Source of the DNA: Oscillospiraceae bacterium
GTDB taxonomy: Bacteria > Bacteroidota > Bacteroidia > Bacteroidales > Bacteroidaceae
DNA length: 64,000 nucleotides
Assembly (NCBI GenBank): GCA_963635115.1
Contig: CAVHEN010000014.1
Coordinates: 168 to 64,167 of the forward strand
Reading direction: 5' to 3'
Shown: in pieces, positions 28,470 through 38,735 of the stretch
Layout: each line of letters starts with the position of its first letter
Numbering within the stretch: position 1 is the stretch's first letter
Position numbers and translations under genes: made by a program
Notes under the pieces: generated by a model
What the model was told of the DNA's origin: nothing
Databases searched by the model: none
What the model saw: only the letters and a program-made list of their open reading frames with translations

Positions 28470-28484
28470 CTTTCGTAACGAAAG
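28470..28484. promoter_or_regulatory. Putative DeoR/AgaR-type operator CTTTC-GTAAC-GAAAG
   Basis: Palindrome; 14/15 identical to the site at the glpA promoter; lies between divergent -7 boxes at 28381 and 28529. Confidence 0.6.
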
Positions 28485-28600
28485 CGGCGATTATGGTTAA
28501 AAATAGCATTATAATTCAAATTTAATTGTACCTTTGCAGCCGATTTGTTATAAAGACTTCTTTAGTTTTAAAAAACCCAAACAAATAATATAGGCCGACA

Positions 28601-29578
28601 ATGAGAAAGAGAATGATTGCCGCGTTGGGATTGTTGTGCTTTGCATGCGTGTCCTTTGCGCAAGGCAAGCGTACCGTCTTGAGTGCGACGATAGATGGTT
28701 ACCAGCGAGACATGGTTTATTTCGACTGCGTGCAGACTCCGTTTATCCGCCAGGAGTTTCATGCCAACCCTGGCGAGGAGCACGTGTATTCGTTCAGCAC
28801 CGATCGCTTGGTGTCGATGATAATCAATGGTCGCACAACCGTGCTGCTGATGCCTGGCGACAGTCTGCACGTGGACTTGCAATACCAGGGCAAGAAGGTG
28901 AAGGACGTGAGGTTCTCGGGCAGTGATCGTGCCGTTGCCGGCAATGAGCTGTACGCAGCAGTCGGGGCATTCAAGCGCGACATGCGATACAAGACCCAGC
29001 TCCTGGCTTGCGCGGTGGTGGACGTGAAGCCTGCCGACCGCATAAACGACTCGCGCCGGCTCCTTGACCAGACGCGCCAGCTGGTAGGGCAAGCCAAGGG
29101 CAAGGTGGATGCCGACGTTGCCAACTATGTGATGGCAGAGAGCGAGGGGCTCGCCTACACATCTTTTATAGAATACCCGATGATGTATGAGGAGACACGC
29201 AAGAAGCCAATAGCCGAGCAAGGCATTGGCGACTATTGGAGCCTGCTGAAAGACTGCAAGTTGCGCGACGACGTGGCGTCATTGAGTTGTCCAGACTATT
29301 GCTCGTTCCTGCTTTTGAACATGGCATACGCGAAAAGCCGCCAGGCGCATGAGAAAGGCACGGAATACCAACGTCCCGACAAGCTGGAGGACATGTTTGC
29401 CGAGCTTGCCGCTTTCTATGATGGCAAGCACCGCGACGCGACACTTTATTCTATAATATCCAACTATATACAAGGAGGCAAGGACATAGAGCGGGTGGAG
29501 CCGTTGGTAAGCCAATACAAGGAAAAGTATTGCGTGGACAGCGAGCATGCCAAGATCATCGACTCGCTGATGCAGTAG
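28601..29578 (+). CDS. Secreted protein resembling the non-catalytic N-terminal part of Bacteroidales TlpA proteins
   Basis: Signal peptide, LLMPGDSLHV..VRFSG..GNELY; no CxxC thioredoxin domain. Confidence 0.55.
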   Translation: MRKRMIAALGLLCFACVSFAQGKRTVLSATIDGYQRDMVYFDCVQTPFIRQEFHANPGEEHVYSFSTDRLVSMIINGRTTVLLMPGDSLHVDLQYQGKKVKDVRFSGSDRAVAGNELYAAVGAFKRDMRYKTQLLACAVVDVKPADRINDSRRLLDQTRQLVGQAKGKVDADVANYVMAESEGLAYTSFIEYPMMYEETRKKPIAEQGIGDYWSLLKDCKLRDDVASLSCPDYCSFLLLNMAYAKSRQAHEKGTEYQRPDKLEDMFAELAAFYDGKHRDATLYSIISNYIQGGKDIERVEPLVSQYKEKYCVDSEHAKIIDSLMQ

Positions 29579-29606
29579 TAAAACACAAGAATCCAAATAC
29601 CATAAA

Positions 29607-32600
29607 ATGAACAAGAGAGAGTATTTACTGAAGCTTGGCTGTTGCGCCATGCTTTTCTGTGGGACGCCACTTCCGGTCCTCCGCCAGGCCACGGCTTTGG
29701 CGCAGACCCCGCGTCCGGCGGAAGACGGATGGAAAAACACGCCTGTCACCTTGCGTATCAGCAATGAGACGTTGGGAAACGTTCTCACTAAAGTGGCGAA
29801 GACAGTGGGTGCCGACCTCGTATTCCAAGGGGTGACACTGGTGGGAATCAACGAGCTGACCACGCTCAACGTCAAGGACAAGCCGCTCGACAAGGTGATT
29901 GGCGGGCTTATCGGCAACCAAAACGTGCGCATCGACTATCAAGGTGGCCACCGCGCCATAATCATATCGTCGTATGAGAAGCAGGTCGACAACGCTCAGA
30001 CCTTTGTGGTTGGCGGCGCCGTGGTTGGTGCCGACGACGGCAAGCCCCTCGTGGGCGCAACGGTGTCGGTGACCAACGGCACGAACCGCAAGGGAAACAT
30101 GGGATGCATCACCGATGAGAACGGAAAGTTCAGCCTGCGCGTCAATCGCAAGGCGTCGATAAGCATTTCATATCTCGGATACGACACGAAGTCGATACAG
30201 ATAACCCGTCCGAATCTCAACATGAGCATTAGCCTGACGCCAAACGCCACGAGCACCGACGAGGTTGTGGTGACGGGTATCAGCCGCCGCAACAAGAAGA
30301 GCTTCACGGGTAACTACGTCTCGGTGAAGGGCGAGGACTTGCGCAGGATAAACCCCAACAACTTCTTGAAGAGCCTGCAGTTCTACGACCCGAGCTTCAA
30401 GGTCAAGGAAAACAACTCCAATGGTTCTGACCCTAACGCGCAGCCAGAGTTCCAGATGCGTGGCGACCAGTCTTTGGGCTCCACCACGAGCATGAACTCC
30501 ATGGACTTGCTTCTCGACAACGTGTCGAGCCGCCCCAATACTCCTCTCTTCGTGCTCGACGGCTTCATCGTGCCAATGACGCGCATCCTCTCGCTCGACC
30601 CTGAGCGCATCGACGAGGTGACCATCCTCAAGGATGCCGCCGCCACGGCGATATATGGCTCGAAGGCGAGCAACGGCGTGGTGGTGATCTCCACCAAGGT
30701 GGCTCCCGACGGAGCGCTGTCGGTGAACTACAACGGAACAATGACCGTTGAGACACCCGACTTGAGCGACTACAACATGATGAACGCCTCGGAGAAACTG
30801 CAGACCGAGTGGATGGCAGGCGTCTACGACCCAAGCAACGTGACCAGCATGAACCGCTATAACACCTTGCGCCGCAACGTGTTGGCAGGCGTGGACTCTT
30901 ACTGGCTCTCTCAACCATTGCGCACAGCCGTGCAAACGCGCCACTCGCTGACGGCGGCTGGCGGTACCGACGTGTTCAGGTACAGCCTCGGTGTCAACGC
31001 CTCGTTCATGCCAGGCGTGATGAAAGGCTCGTCGAACAATACCAAAGGCGTTGACTTCAGCATGACCTACCGCAAGCGTCGCGTGACGGTGGGCGCCAAT
31101 ATCAACCTCTCGGAGACATCTGGCAACAATTCGCCTTATGGATCTTTCTCTTCGTATAGCCAGGCCAACCCTTACTATCGCATTAAGAACGATAACGGGA
31201 CCTACGACCAGATACTCGACAACTTCACGGCTGCTGGCAGCACGACGGTTACCAATCCGCTGTACGATTCCAACATTGGCATTAAGGACTTGACAAGGAG
31301 CCTGACCATAGCGAGCAGTCTCAACTTCGAGTACATGATTCTTGATAACCTGCGCCTTACCGAGGCGTTGCAGTACACGCGTGGCACGGCACGCACGGAG
31401 AAGTTCCTGCCTGCCGACCACACGAGCTTTGCCAACGAGACCGACAAGACGCTCAAGGGCAGCTACTCAAAGAACACGGGTGAGTCGACATCATGGTCGA
31501 GCAACCTCGGCATCAACTACAACCTGCCCATCGACAAGCACCTCATAAGCATGTTTGCCAACTGGACGGTGAGCGAGGATCGCAACAACTATGTCAACCT
31601 TTTCGCAACGGGTTATCCTGACCGCCACATGGATGACTTCATCTTCGGCAACAAGATGACAACCAACCCCAGCGGCTCGGAGGCTCTCTCACGTGCCATG
31701 AGCTTCATTGGGCAGGTGTCTTATAGCTACGACAACCGCTATTCGTTCGACTTCAACCTGAGCGAGGAAAACTCATCGCGCTATGCCAACAACAGCTTCA
31801 CGCCGTTCTGGTCTACGGGTGTTCGCTGGAACGCCTACCGCGAGAAGTGGCTTGAGGGCAGAATCTCCAATCTCGTGTTCCGTGCCACATACGGTGTCAC
31901 GGGTGAGCAAAGCTCCAATCCCTACGAGACCATGGAGTTCTACACCTTCACCAACACCATGAAGCCTTACACGTCATTCAGTTCGCTGGGCGCCGTGTTG
32001 CAAGGATTGAACAACCCTAACCTCAAGTGGGCTAAGACCGACCAACTCAGCCTTGGCGTGGACGTGGGCTTCTGGAAGAACCGCATCAACGCTACGTTCA
32101 ACTATTATAACAACATCACCCGTCAGATGATGACGCAATACGACTTGGCACCATCGACGGGATTCAGTTCACAAAACATAAATGCTGGTGAGTTGCAGAA
32201 CCAAGGCTTTGACGTTACGCTCAACGTGATTGCTTACCAAAACGTGCGCAAGCAACTTTATTGGACTATCAACGCCAACGCCAACCACAACAAGAACAAG
32301 ATACGCAAGCTCTCGGCCTACTTGCGCAAAATCAATGAGAAGCAGCTCGCGTCAAAGAATGCGCCTCTGCCGGTGTTGCAGGAGGGATACTCCACCACGA
32401 CGCTGTTCACCGTGCGATCGTTGGGCATCGACCCTGTTACGGGCAACGAGGTGTTCCTTACGCGTGACGGGCAGAAGACGTTTGTGTGGAACAGCAACGA
32501 CAAGGTGCCAGTGGGCGATACAAACCCGAAGGTGAGCGGAACGTTCAGCAGCTCGCTCAACTATAAGGAGTTCAGCTTCAATGTGGGCTTCACCTACAAG

Positions 32601-32996
32601 TGGGGCGGCATAGTGTACAACTCCACGCTGGTAGACAAGATTGAGAATCGCAACATAGCCTATAACCTTGACCGACGCGCCATGACAAGCCGATGGATGA
32701 AGCCTGGCGACGTGACTTATTTCAAGAAGTTCTCGCTCGATGCCACGGCAAGCCAGACGGAGCAAAGCACGCGTTTCATCATGGACGACGACGAGCTCAA
32801 GATGTCTACCATGAGCGTAGGCTACCGTATGCGCTACGAGAAGTTCAGCTTCCTCAGGAGGTTGAACATCGACGTGTTGTCGCTCAACTTCACCACGAAC
32901 GACCTCTTCCGCGTGTCGCGCGTGAAGATGGAACGCGGACTCGACTACCCATTCGCCCGTTCCTACACCCTCTCCATGTCGCTAATCTTTAAATAA
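29607..32996 (+). CDS. SusC/RagA TonB-dependent transporter with N-terminal STN-like extension
   Basis: PLVGATV, DEVVVTG, PLFVLDGF, ILKDAAATAIYGSKASNGVVVI, NPNLKW, C-terminal YPFARSYTLSMSLIFK. Confidence 0.93.
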   Translation: MNKREYLLKLGCCAMLFCGTPLPVLRQATALAQTPRPAEDGWKNTPVTLRISNETLGNVLTKVAKTVGADLVFQGVTLVGINELTTLNVKDKPLDKVIGGLIGNQNVRIDYQGGHRAIIISSYEKQVDNAQTFVVGGAVVGADDGKPLVGATVSVTNGTNRKGNMGCITDENGKFSLRVNRKASISISYLGYDTKSIQITRPNLNMSISLTPNATSTDEVVVTGISRRNKKSFTGNYVSVKGEDLRRINPNNFLKSLQFYDPSFKVKENNSNGSDPNAQPEFQMRGDQSLGSTTSMNSMDLLLDNVSSRPNTPLFVLDGFIVPMTRILSLDPERIDEVTILKDAAATAIYGSKASNGVVVISTKVAPDGALSVNYNGTMTVETPDLSDYNMMNASEKLQTEWMAGVYDPSNVTSMNRYNTLRRNVLAGVDSYWLSQPLRTAVQTRHSLTAAGGTDVFRYSLGVNASFMPGVMKGSSNNTKGVDFSMTYRKRRVTVGANINLSETSGNNSPYGSFSSYSQANPYYRIKNDNGTYDQILDNFTAAGSTTVTNPLYDSNIGIKDLTRSLTIASSLNFEYMILDNLRLTEALQYTRGTARTEKFLPADHTSFANETDKTLKGSYSKNTGESTSWSSNLGINYNLPIDKHLISMFANWTVSEDRNNYVNLFATGYPDRHMDDFIFGNKMTTNPSGSEALSRAMSFIGQVSYSYDNRYSFDFNLSEENSSRYANNSFTPFWSTGVRWNAYREKWLEGRISNLVFRATYGVTGEQSSNPYETMEFYTFTNTMKPYTSFSSLGAVLQGLNNPNLKWAKTDQLSLGVDVGFWKNRINATFNYYNNITRQMMTQYDLAPSTGFSSQNINAGELQNQGFDVTLNVIAYQNVRKQLYWTINANANHNKNKIRKLSAYLRKINEKQLASKNAPLPVLQEGYSTTTLFTVRSLGIDPVTGNEVFLTRDGQKTFVWNSNDKVPVGDTNPKVSGTFSSSLNYKEFSFNVGFTYKWGGIVYNSTLVDKIENRNIAYNLDRRAMTSRWMKPGDVTYFKKFSLDATASQTEQSTRFIMDDDELKMSTMSVGYRMRYEKFSFLRRLNIDVLSLNFTTNDLFRVSRVKMERGLDYPFARSYTLSMSLIFK

Positions 32997-33021
32997 AAAG
33001 TTCTTATAACGAGGTAACACC

Positions 33022-34464
33022 ATGAAATTAAAATCAATATACTTTGGCGCCGTCGTCTTGTTGCTTGTTGGCATGAGCTCATGCTCCGACTGGTTTGACG
33101 TGAGTGCCAAGACTGATGTCAAGGCGAAGGAACTGTTCGAGACCCCAGAAGGCTTCGAGAGCGCTCTCGCCGGCATATACATATCCATGACCGACGACGA
33201 CAGCTATGGTCACGACCTGTCGTTCGGACTTATAGACCAGCTTGCCCAGCTCTACGACCGCGTGCCCGACGGCACCACAGACCGTGAGGCGATATACCAG
33301 TATGAGCAGGAGTCTGCCGGCTATGCCACAAAGTCGAGACTTGCTGCCATTTGGCTGAAGTCTTACAACTTGATTGCCAATACCAACAATCTCCTGAAGT
33401 GGCTTGACAGCAACGGGCAGAGCGTGCTGAAAGACGAGCAGACACGCAACCGTTATTATGGTGAGGCTTACGCCTTGCGCGCTTATCTCCATTTCGACCT
33501 CTTGCGTGGATGGGGCCCTATGATCTATCTGACGGATAAGTCAAGCCTGAGCATCCCGTACCGCGTGGTGGCTGACAACAGCAAGCAGCCGCGCCTTTCG
33601 GCTGAGGCCGTCGTGGAAAAGATTCTTGCAGACCTCAAGCAGGCCGAGACATACCTCGCCCAGGAGAAGACGGCGAGCCTTTCTGGCAGCGACCGCCGCT
33701 TCCGCATGAATTATTATGCCGTGAAAGCTCTTGAGGCGCGCGTCAACTGCTACGCCGACAATGCGCAAGCCGCCATCAGCGCGGCGGAGGAGGTGATAAA
33801 TCACTGCGGGCTTACGCTTCAAACCTCCAATTCCAACGACCCTGCCCAATTCAACGAGACGCTCTTTGGTGTGAACAAGTATAAGATGAGCGACTCATTC
33901 TCTTCTTATTTCGCAGAGGGCCCCGACTTCACCACGCAGTATTGGCTGGGCCTTGCCAACTATAAGCGCATATTCGAGGCTGAAGGCAACGAGCGCGATG
34001 CCGACTTCCGCGCCCGCCGTGGTGCCGGCTTCCTGGTCTACGATGGTGTGAGCCGCGTCATCAGCCGCAAGTATATCAAGAACGACAATGCCGTTATTCC
34101 GCTGATTCGTCTTCCGGAGATGTATTATATCCTCTGCGAGATGTCATCACTCGATGCCGCTCCACAATACATCAACACGGTGCGCAACCGCCGTGGCATC
34201 TCCAACTCGAACGCGTATGGCGCTTTCCTGTCCGACGGTGACCGCGTCTATGCCTTGAGCAAGGAGTACCGCAAGGAGTTTTATGCTGAGGGGCAATACT
34301 TCTACTTCCTGAAGCGTTACGCTACCTATTACCTCGAATATTCTCTTGACGCTAATGATGCTGCGGTGAAGATGAACGAAAAGCGTTACGTGTTCCCCTT
34401 GCCCGACAGGGAAAAGGAATATGGCTGGACTGATGAGGAATCAAACAACACTTCAAACCAATAA
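33022..34464 (+). CDS. SusD/RagB lipoprotein
   Basis: Lipobox SSCSDWFDV, GEAYALRAYLHFDLLR, IRLPEMYYI, EYRKEFYAEGQ, YVFPLP. Confidence 0.92.
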   Translation: MKLKSIYFGAVVLLLVGMSSCSDWFDVSAKTDVKAKELFETPEGFESALAGIYISMTDDDSYGHDLSFGLIDQLAQLYDRVPDGTTDREAIYQYEQESAGYATKSRLAAIWLKSYNLIANTNNLLKWLDSNGQSVLKDEQTRNRYYGEAYALRAYLHFDLLRGWGPMIYLTDKSSLSIPYRVVADNSKQPRLSAEAVVEKILADLKQAETYLAQEKTASLSGSDRRFRMNYYAVKALEARVNCYADNAQAAISAAEEVINHCGLTLQTSNSNDPAQFNETLFGVNKYKMSDSFSSYFAEGPDFTTQYWLGLANYKRIFEAEGNERDADFRARRGAGFLVYDGVSRVISRKYIKNDNAVIPLIRLPEMYYILCEMSSLDAAPQYINTVRNRRGISNSNAYGAFLSDGDRVYALSKEYRKEFYAEGQYFYFLKRYATYYLEYSLDANDAAVKMNEKRYVFPLPDREKEYGWTDEESNNTSNQ

Positions 34465-34466
34465 TC

Positions 34467-35828
34467 ATGAAATTACGTATCAATAAGACATACACATTAT
34501 TACTCTTGGTGGCTTTGTGCGGAATCTTCTCCGCTTGCAGTCATGAGGACCCTACCTTGTTTGAGAAAGAGTCAGACGGTTTCTACTTTGGCTATGACTC
34601 TAAGGAGTCGTTGACCTCCACCATCAATTTTGCCGACTCCATCCTTACTGAGGCGAAGCAAGGCTATGTGCCAATTAAGATCAAGTTGCTGGGCCACTTG
34701 TCCGACCAGGCCACGACCATCAAGCTCAAGGCAGAGCCTGTGGAAGGCTATAAGGAGGCGAAGGTGACCTTGCCCGACGTGGTGGTCAAGGCTGGTGAGT
34801 ATGAGACGATAGCCAATGTAGTGGTTGAGTGCCCCGACCAGGCGGACACTACATACGCCGTGAAGATTTCCTTTGAACAGGGCGACAAGAGCATGAAGGA
34901 TTTCGACGGTTTCACCATCTATGCCAAAGAGTCGTATGAGAGGCCATCAAACTGGAACGATAGCTATTATGGCACTTGGACTGTCGACAAGTACAAGTTT
35001 ATCTGCAAGACTTTGGGGAAGACCGGCTTCTGTGGTGATGACAGCTACACGCAGACCAACATGTACAACCCCACGTTGATATACGCTGTTCGCGAGTGGC
35101 ACAAGGCTCACCCTGGTGAGGCTATTGCTTACGACATTCCTTTCCTTGACGGCACATTGTTCTATGACGCTTACGACCAGCCAGAGTACTGGGGTGACTT
35201 GCAAGACAAGTACTTCGGCGGCTACGACGGTTATGGTTTCGGCACCTTGGCTTCTAGCCTTGGTGTGACTACGCAGAACGAGGAGCAGGTGTTTGGCTCT
35301 ACCGACGAAGCGTTGCTCAGGGATTCGAACAAAGGCGCCGTGCGCCTGATGCTTGAGAACTACAACAACAAGTTTGAGCAAGGCTACAGCTATTGGGGAT
35401 TGAATTCGGCGTTCAGTGTCCCGATGATCGACGATATCGACTACGACGTTGTTGCTCCAGCTTTCTGGACCAACAGCCTGACACAGCCATTGGTGGAGAA
35501 GTATTATGGCGCTTACTCGGAGCAAAAGTACAAAAAGATGCTGAAGATTGCAAGCCGCGAGATGGGAAGTGGCTTCAAGCCGTTCTTGATGTTCCCCGTA
35601 AAGCTGCAGTGGGACGACGCTTCCATGGAGAACGTGCCCATGTGGGACACGGACGCTAACATCGACTGGATGTATTTTGGCGAGGAGGTGATTTACCAGT
35701 TCTACAAGATGTTCAAGCAGGAGGAGCCAAGCTTGTTCCCTGACAACGCCGCGAAGCCAGCTGTCAACGCACAGGCGAAGGTCAAGGCGCTGGCGAAGGC
35801 TAAAGCCATGTCAACGAGAGGAAAATGA
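34467..35828 (+). CDS. DUF4843-like lipoprotein
   Basis: Lipobox FSAC, IKLLG, RPSNW..YYGTWT..KYKFI with repeated YFG/YYG segments; follows SusD. Confidence 0.7.
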   Translation: MKLRINKTYTLLLLVALCGIFSACSHEDPTLFEKESDGFYFGYDSKESLTSTINFADSILTEAKQGYVPIKIKLLGHLSDQATTIKLKAEPVEGYKEAKVTLPDVVVKAGEYETIANVVVECPDQADTTYAVKISFEQGDKSMKDFDGFTIYAKESYERPSNWNDSYYGTWTVDKYKFICKTLGKTGFCGDDSYTQTNMYNPTLIYAVREWHKAHPGEAIAYDIPFLDGTLFYDAYDQPEYWGDLQDKYFGGYDGYGFGTLASSLGVTTQNEEQVFGSTDEALLRDSNKGAVRLMLENYNNKFEQGYSYWGLNSAFSVPMIDDIDYDVVAPAFWTNSLTQPLVEKYYGAYSEQKYKKMLKIASREMGSGFKPFLMFPVKLQWDDASMENVPMWDTDANIDWMYFGEEVIYQFYKMFKQEEPSLFPDNAAKPAVNAQAKVKALAKAKAMSTRGK

Positions 35829-35849
35829 TGTTCTAATTAAACGACAATT

Positions 35850-37589
35850 ATGAAAAAGACAATATATGTGGTATTGAGTGCCCTGTTGCTCACATCTTGC
35901 TATGAGGACAAGGGCAACTACGATTACCATTTCGACAGCTTGAACAATGTCGACATCGAGAATGTGACATATACGCCGACGGCCTACGACGGCCTATCGG
36001 GCAAGGTGATAGAGGTGCAGATGCCCATGACCGACGACTTGGTGCAGAGGGTTGAGGCTAAGCTGGACCAGACCTTGGCAAGCAACTACGACAACCTCGA
36101 CTTCTCGTGGTTCACGTCATTCAGCAAGACGGAGCGCGACCCGAAGACGGGCAAGAACGTGAAGACCACCGTGCGCGACACCCTGCACACCAAGGGCTAC
36201 CTTGACTTGAGCTTCCCCGCAAACACCGACCGCGACTACAGCGTCATAATGGCGGTGAAGGACAAGACCACCGACCTCGACTATTACGCCAAACTCAATG
36301 TCAAGACGCGCTTGCTCTTCAAGAACAGCCTCTTCTTCTTGCACCAAAAGGGCGACGAGACGTTCCTGGGCAACGTGGAGAAGATAGGCACCATGCTTGA
36401 GAGCCGCGGCAACGCCTACAAGACCGCGAAGCCGACGGCGACAGACAATCCTTTCTCCAATGCCGTGAAGCTTGGCTACACCACTTGCTATTCGCCGGAG
36501 GTCAACGGGCTCATGGTGTTCAAGGCAAATGGCAGGGGAACGACATACAACGTGTTCAAGGCCTTGGAAACCTACGACGTGCCTCTTGTGCCGGCTGGCT
36601 CCTCGTCGTTTGTGGCGAGCAAGGTGTTCACGGTCGGTAACATCGAGACATTCAATGAGTTCAAGTGCGTGCTCTCGCGCGACGGACAGTTCTATATTGG
36701 CAAGTGGGCGCCTTATTTCGCCGTCCCTGGCGAGTACGCCGACGGGTCTCTCATGCCTGGCGACTATCGCGTGACGGCTGCCACGGTGTCAAGCGACTAC
36801 TACGTGTTGTGGGATGCCAAGGGCAACCGCTTCCTCTATCAGTCGAACAGCGACTGGTTCCCGTACCAGCTTAGCGAATATACGCAGTATCCTCCTCACA
36901 GCTACAATGCCGTGAACGACGCAAAGGTCGACTTCAGTGCCCTTGGCACCTTGTCGCCCGTGGGTAAGACGGCCGTCTACGCCTTCATCTCATCCCACTC
37001 TGAGTTCTTCCCCGATGCCAAGCCCCAGTTCATCTTCAAGGACGCCGACGACAACTTCTACCTCTACGAGCTTACGCCCACCACGAGTGGCAAAGGAGCG
37101 AAAGACAAGGACGGCAAGGGTGGCGACGACTCCTCGGAGAGCGCCTTCACCATCACGGCAAAGCGTCTCACCGACTTCCATCCTGGCTCCAACTTGGCAA
37201 GCATCACGTATAACCCCTGGTTCTCGACCAACTACATATTCTACGCCAAGGACGATTGCGTGATACGCCACAACCTTTCCAACGGTGATGAGCAGGTGGT
37301 TTACACTGCCCCCGTGGGCTACACGGTGAGCGTGATAAAGTTCCGCACGGAGAACGCGGCAAGTAACAGCTCCATGTCGTCGAACTTTGGCGACCTCGGA
37401 CTCTACCTTAGCATTGGCATGAACAAGGACGGCAACGGCGCCGTGGCGGAGATAAAGCTGACGCAGGCCGCCGACGTCGACGACTCGTTCAGCCTCTTCT
37501 GCGACAAGGATGGCGACGGCAACGCCTTCGGGCGCATCATCGACTTGCAGTTTGCCCATGTCTATTCATTCAGCAAGGACGGACAATAG
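35850..37589 (+). CDS. PKD-like family lipoprotein
   Basis: LLTSCYEDKGNYDY N-terminus typical of this family; beta-rich C-terminal region. Confidence 0.72.
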   Translation: MKKTIYVVLSALLLTSCYEDKGNYDYHFDSLNNVDIENVTYTPTAYDGLSGKVIEVQMPMTDDLVQRVEAKLDQTLASNYDNLDFSWFTSFSKTERDPKTGKNVKTTVRDTLHTKGYLDLSFPANTDRDYSVIMAVKDKTTDLDYYAKLNVKTRLLFKNSLFFLHQKGDETFLGNVEKIGTMLESRGNAYKTAKPTATDNPFSNAVKLGYTTCYSPEVNGLMVFKANGRGTTYNVFKALETYDVPLVPAGSSSFVASKVFTVGNIETFNEFKCVLSRDGQFYIGKWAPYFAVPGEYADGSLMPGDYRVTAATVSSDYYVLWDAKGNRFLYQSNSDWFPYQLSEYTQYPPHSYNAVNDAKVDFSALGTLSPVGKTAVYAFISSHSEFFPDAKPQFIFKDADDNFYLYELTPTTSGKGAKDKDGKGGDDSSESAFTITAKRLTDFHPGSNLASITYNPWFSTNYIFYAKDDCVIRHNLSNGDEQVVYTAPVGYTVSVIKFRTENAASNSSMSSNFGDLGLYLSIGMNKDGNGAVAEIKLTQAADVDDSFSLFCDKDGDGNAFGRIIDLQFAHVYSFSKDGQ

Positions 37590-37591
37590 TC

Positions 37592-38698
37592 ATGAGGCTA
37601 CGTTTCATATCCATTGCACTGCTCGCCTTGGCGGGCTGTGCGCTCAACGCCCAGGCGCAGTCTCCCGTCACCATATCGGGCAAGATTGAAGGCGTATCTG
37701 CCGGCAGGCTCGTGCTGGTGGCGCAGGTGGGCGAGGACAAGGTCGACACGCTTGGCGCAGCCGACTTCAAGTCGCCCCGCTTTGAGCTCAAGGCACAGGT
37801 GGCTGAGCCGATTATGGCGCAGATGGTGGTGAAAGGCTACGGAGGCGGCTTCAACATGATAGCCGAGCCAGGCGCCAGCTACGAGGCCTTGCTTCGCGAT
37901 GGTGACGGCGCTTACATAAAAGGCGGCAAGCTGCACGACGAGTGGGTGGCTTTCTCGAAGCGTTCCGCGGAGCTGCACGCTGAGGCTACAGCGATGAAGC
38001 AGCGTTATGAGGCGATGCGTGCCGCCAACAAGTTTCGCAGCGCCAGTGCGGTAAACGACTCCTTGCGAAACCTTGAGGAGCGCATCAGCACTGAGACACG
38101 CGACTTCATGAGCCGCCACGACGACGTGATAGCGGCTTCAGTCTACAACGACAACGCGCTCAGGGCTGAGCTGAACCTCGCCGACACGCGCCGCCTCTAC
38201 GACCAGATGGGCGATGGCGCGAAAAACACGCCGAGCGGCCGCATTATGCTCCAGCGGATTCAGCGCATGGAGAAAGTGTCGCAGGGAAGGAAAGCGCCCG
38301 ACTTCACGCTGCCCGACCTTAAAGGCAACCAGACGACCCTGAGCAAGGTGAAGGCAAAGGTCAAGATTGTGGACTTTTGGGCATCGTGGTGCGGCCCATG
38401 CCGCCTCAACAACCCCTCGCTGAAGAAGCTCTACACCCAATACCACGACAAGGGGCTTGAGATAGTGAGCGTCTCGCTGGACAACGTGAAGGCACGCTGG
38501 GCGAAGGCGGTGAGCGACGACGGCCTGCCGTGGATAAACGTCAGTTCGCTGCAGGGCTGGAAATGCGACGTGGCGCGCACCTACGACGTTAAGGCCGTGC
38601 CTGCCATCTTCATCCTCGATGCCGAAGACAACATCATAGCCACGAACATACGCGGCGAGGCGCTTGCCAACTTCTTGAAGGAGAGGCTGGGTCAATAA
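37592..38698 (+). CDS. TlpA/AhpC-TSA thiol-disulfide oxidoreductase (DUF4369-type N-terminus)
   Basis: Signal peptide, APDFTL, DFWASWCGPC, VSVSLD. Confidence 0.9.
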   Translation: MRLRFISIALLALAGCALNAQAQSPVTISGKIEGVSAGRLVLVAQVGEDKVDTLGAADFKSPRFELKAQVAEPIMAQMVVKGYGGGFNMIAEPGASYEALLRDGDGAYIKGGKLHDEWVAFSKRSAELHAEATAMKQRYEAMRAANKFRSASAVNDSLRNLEERISTETRDFMSRHDDVIAASVYNDNALRAELNLADTRRLYDQMGDGAKNTPSGRIMLQRIQRMEKVSQGRKAPDFTLPDLKGNQTTLSKVKAKVKIVDFWASWCGPCRLNNPSLKKLYTQYHDKGLEIVSVSLDNVKARWAKAVSDDGLPWINVSSLQGWKCDVARTYDVKAVPAIFILDAEDNIIATNIRGEALANFLKERLGQ

Positions 38699-38735
38699 AC
38701 AACAGGAAAACCCATAAAACAGAACGAAAACAGAT

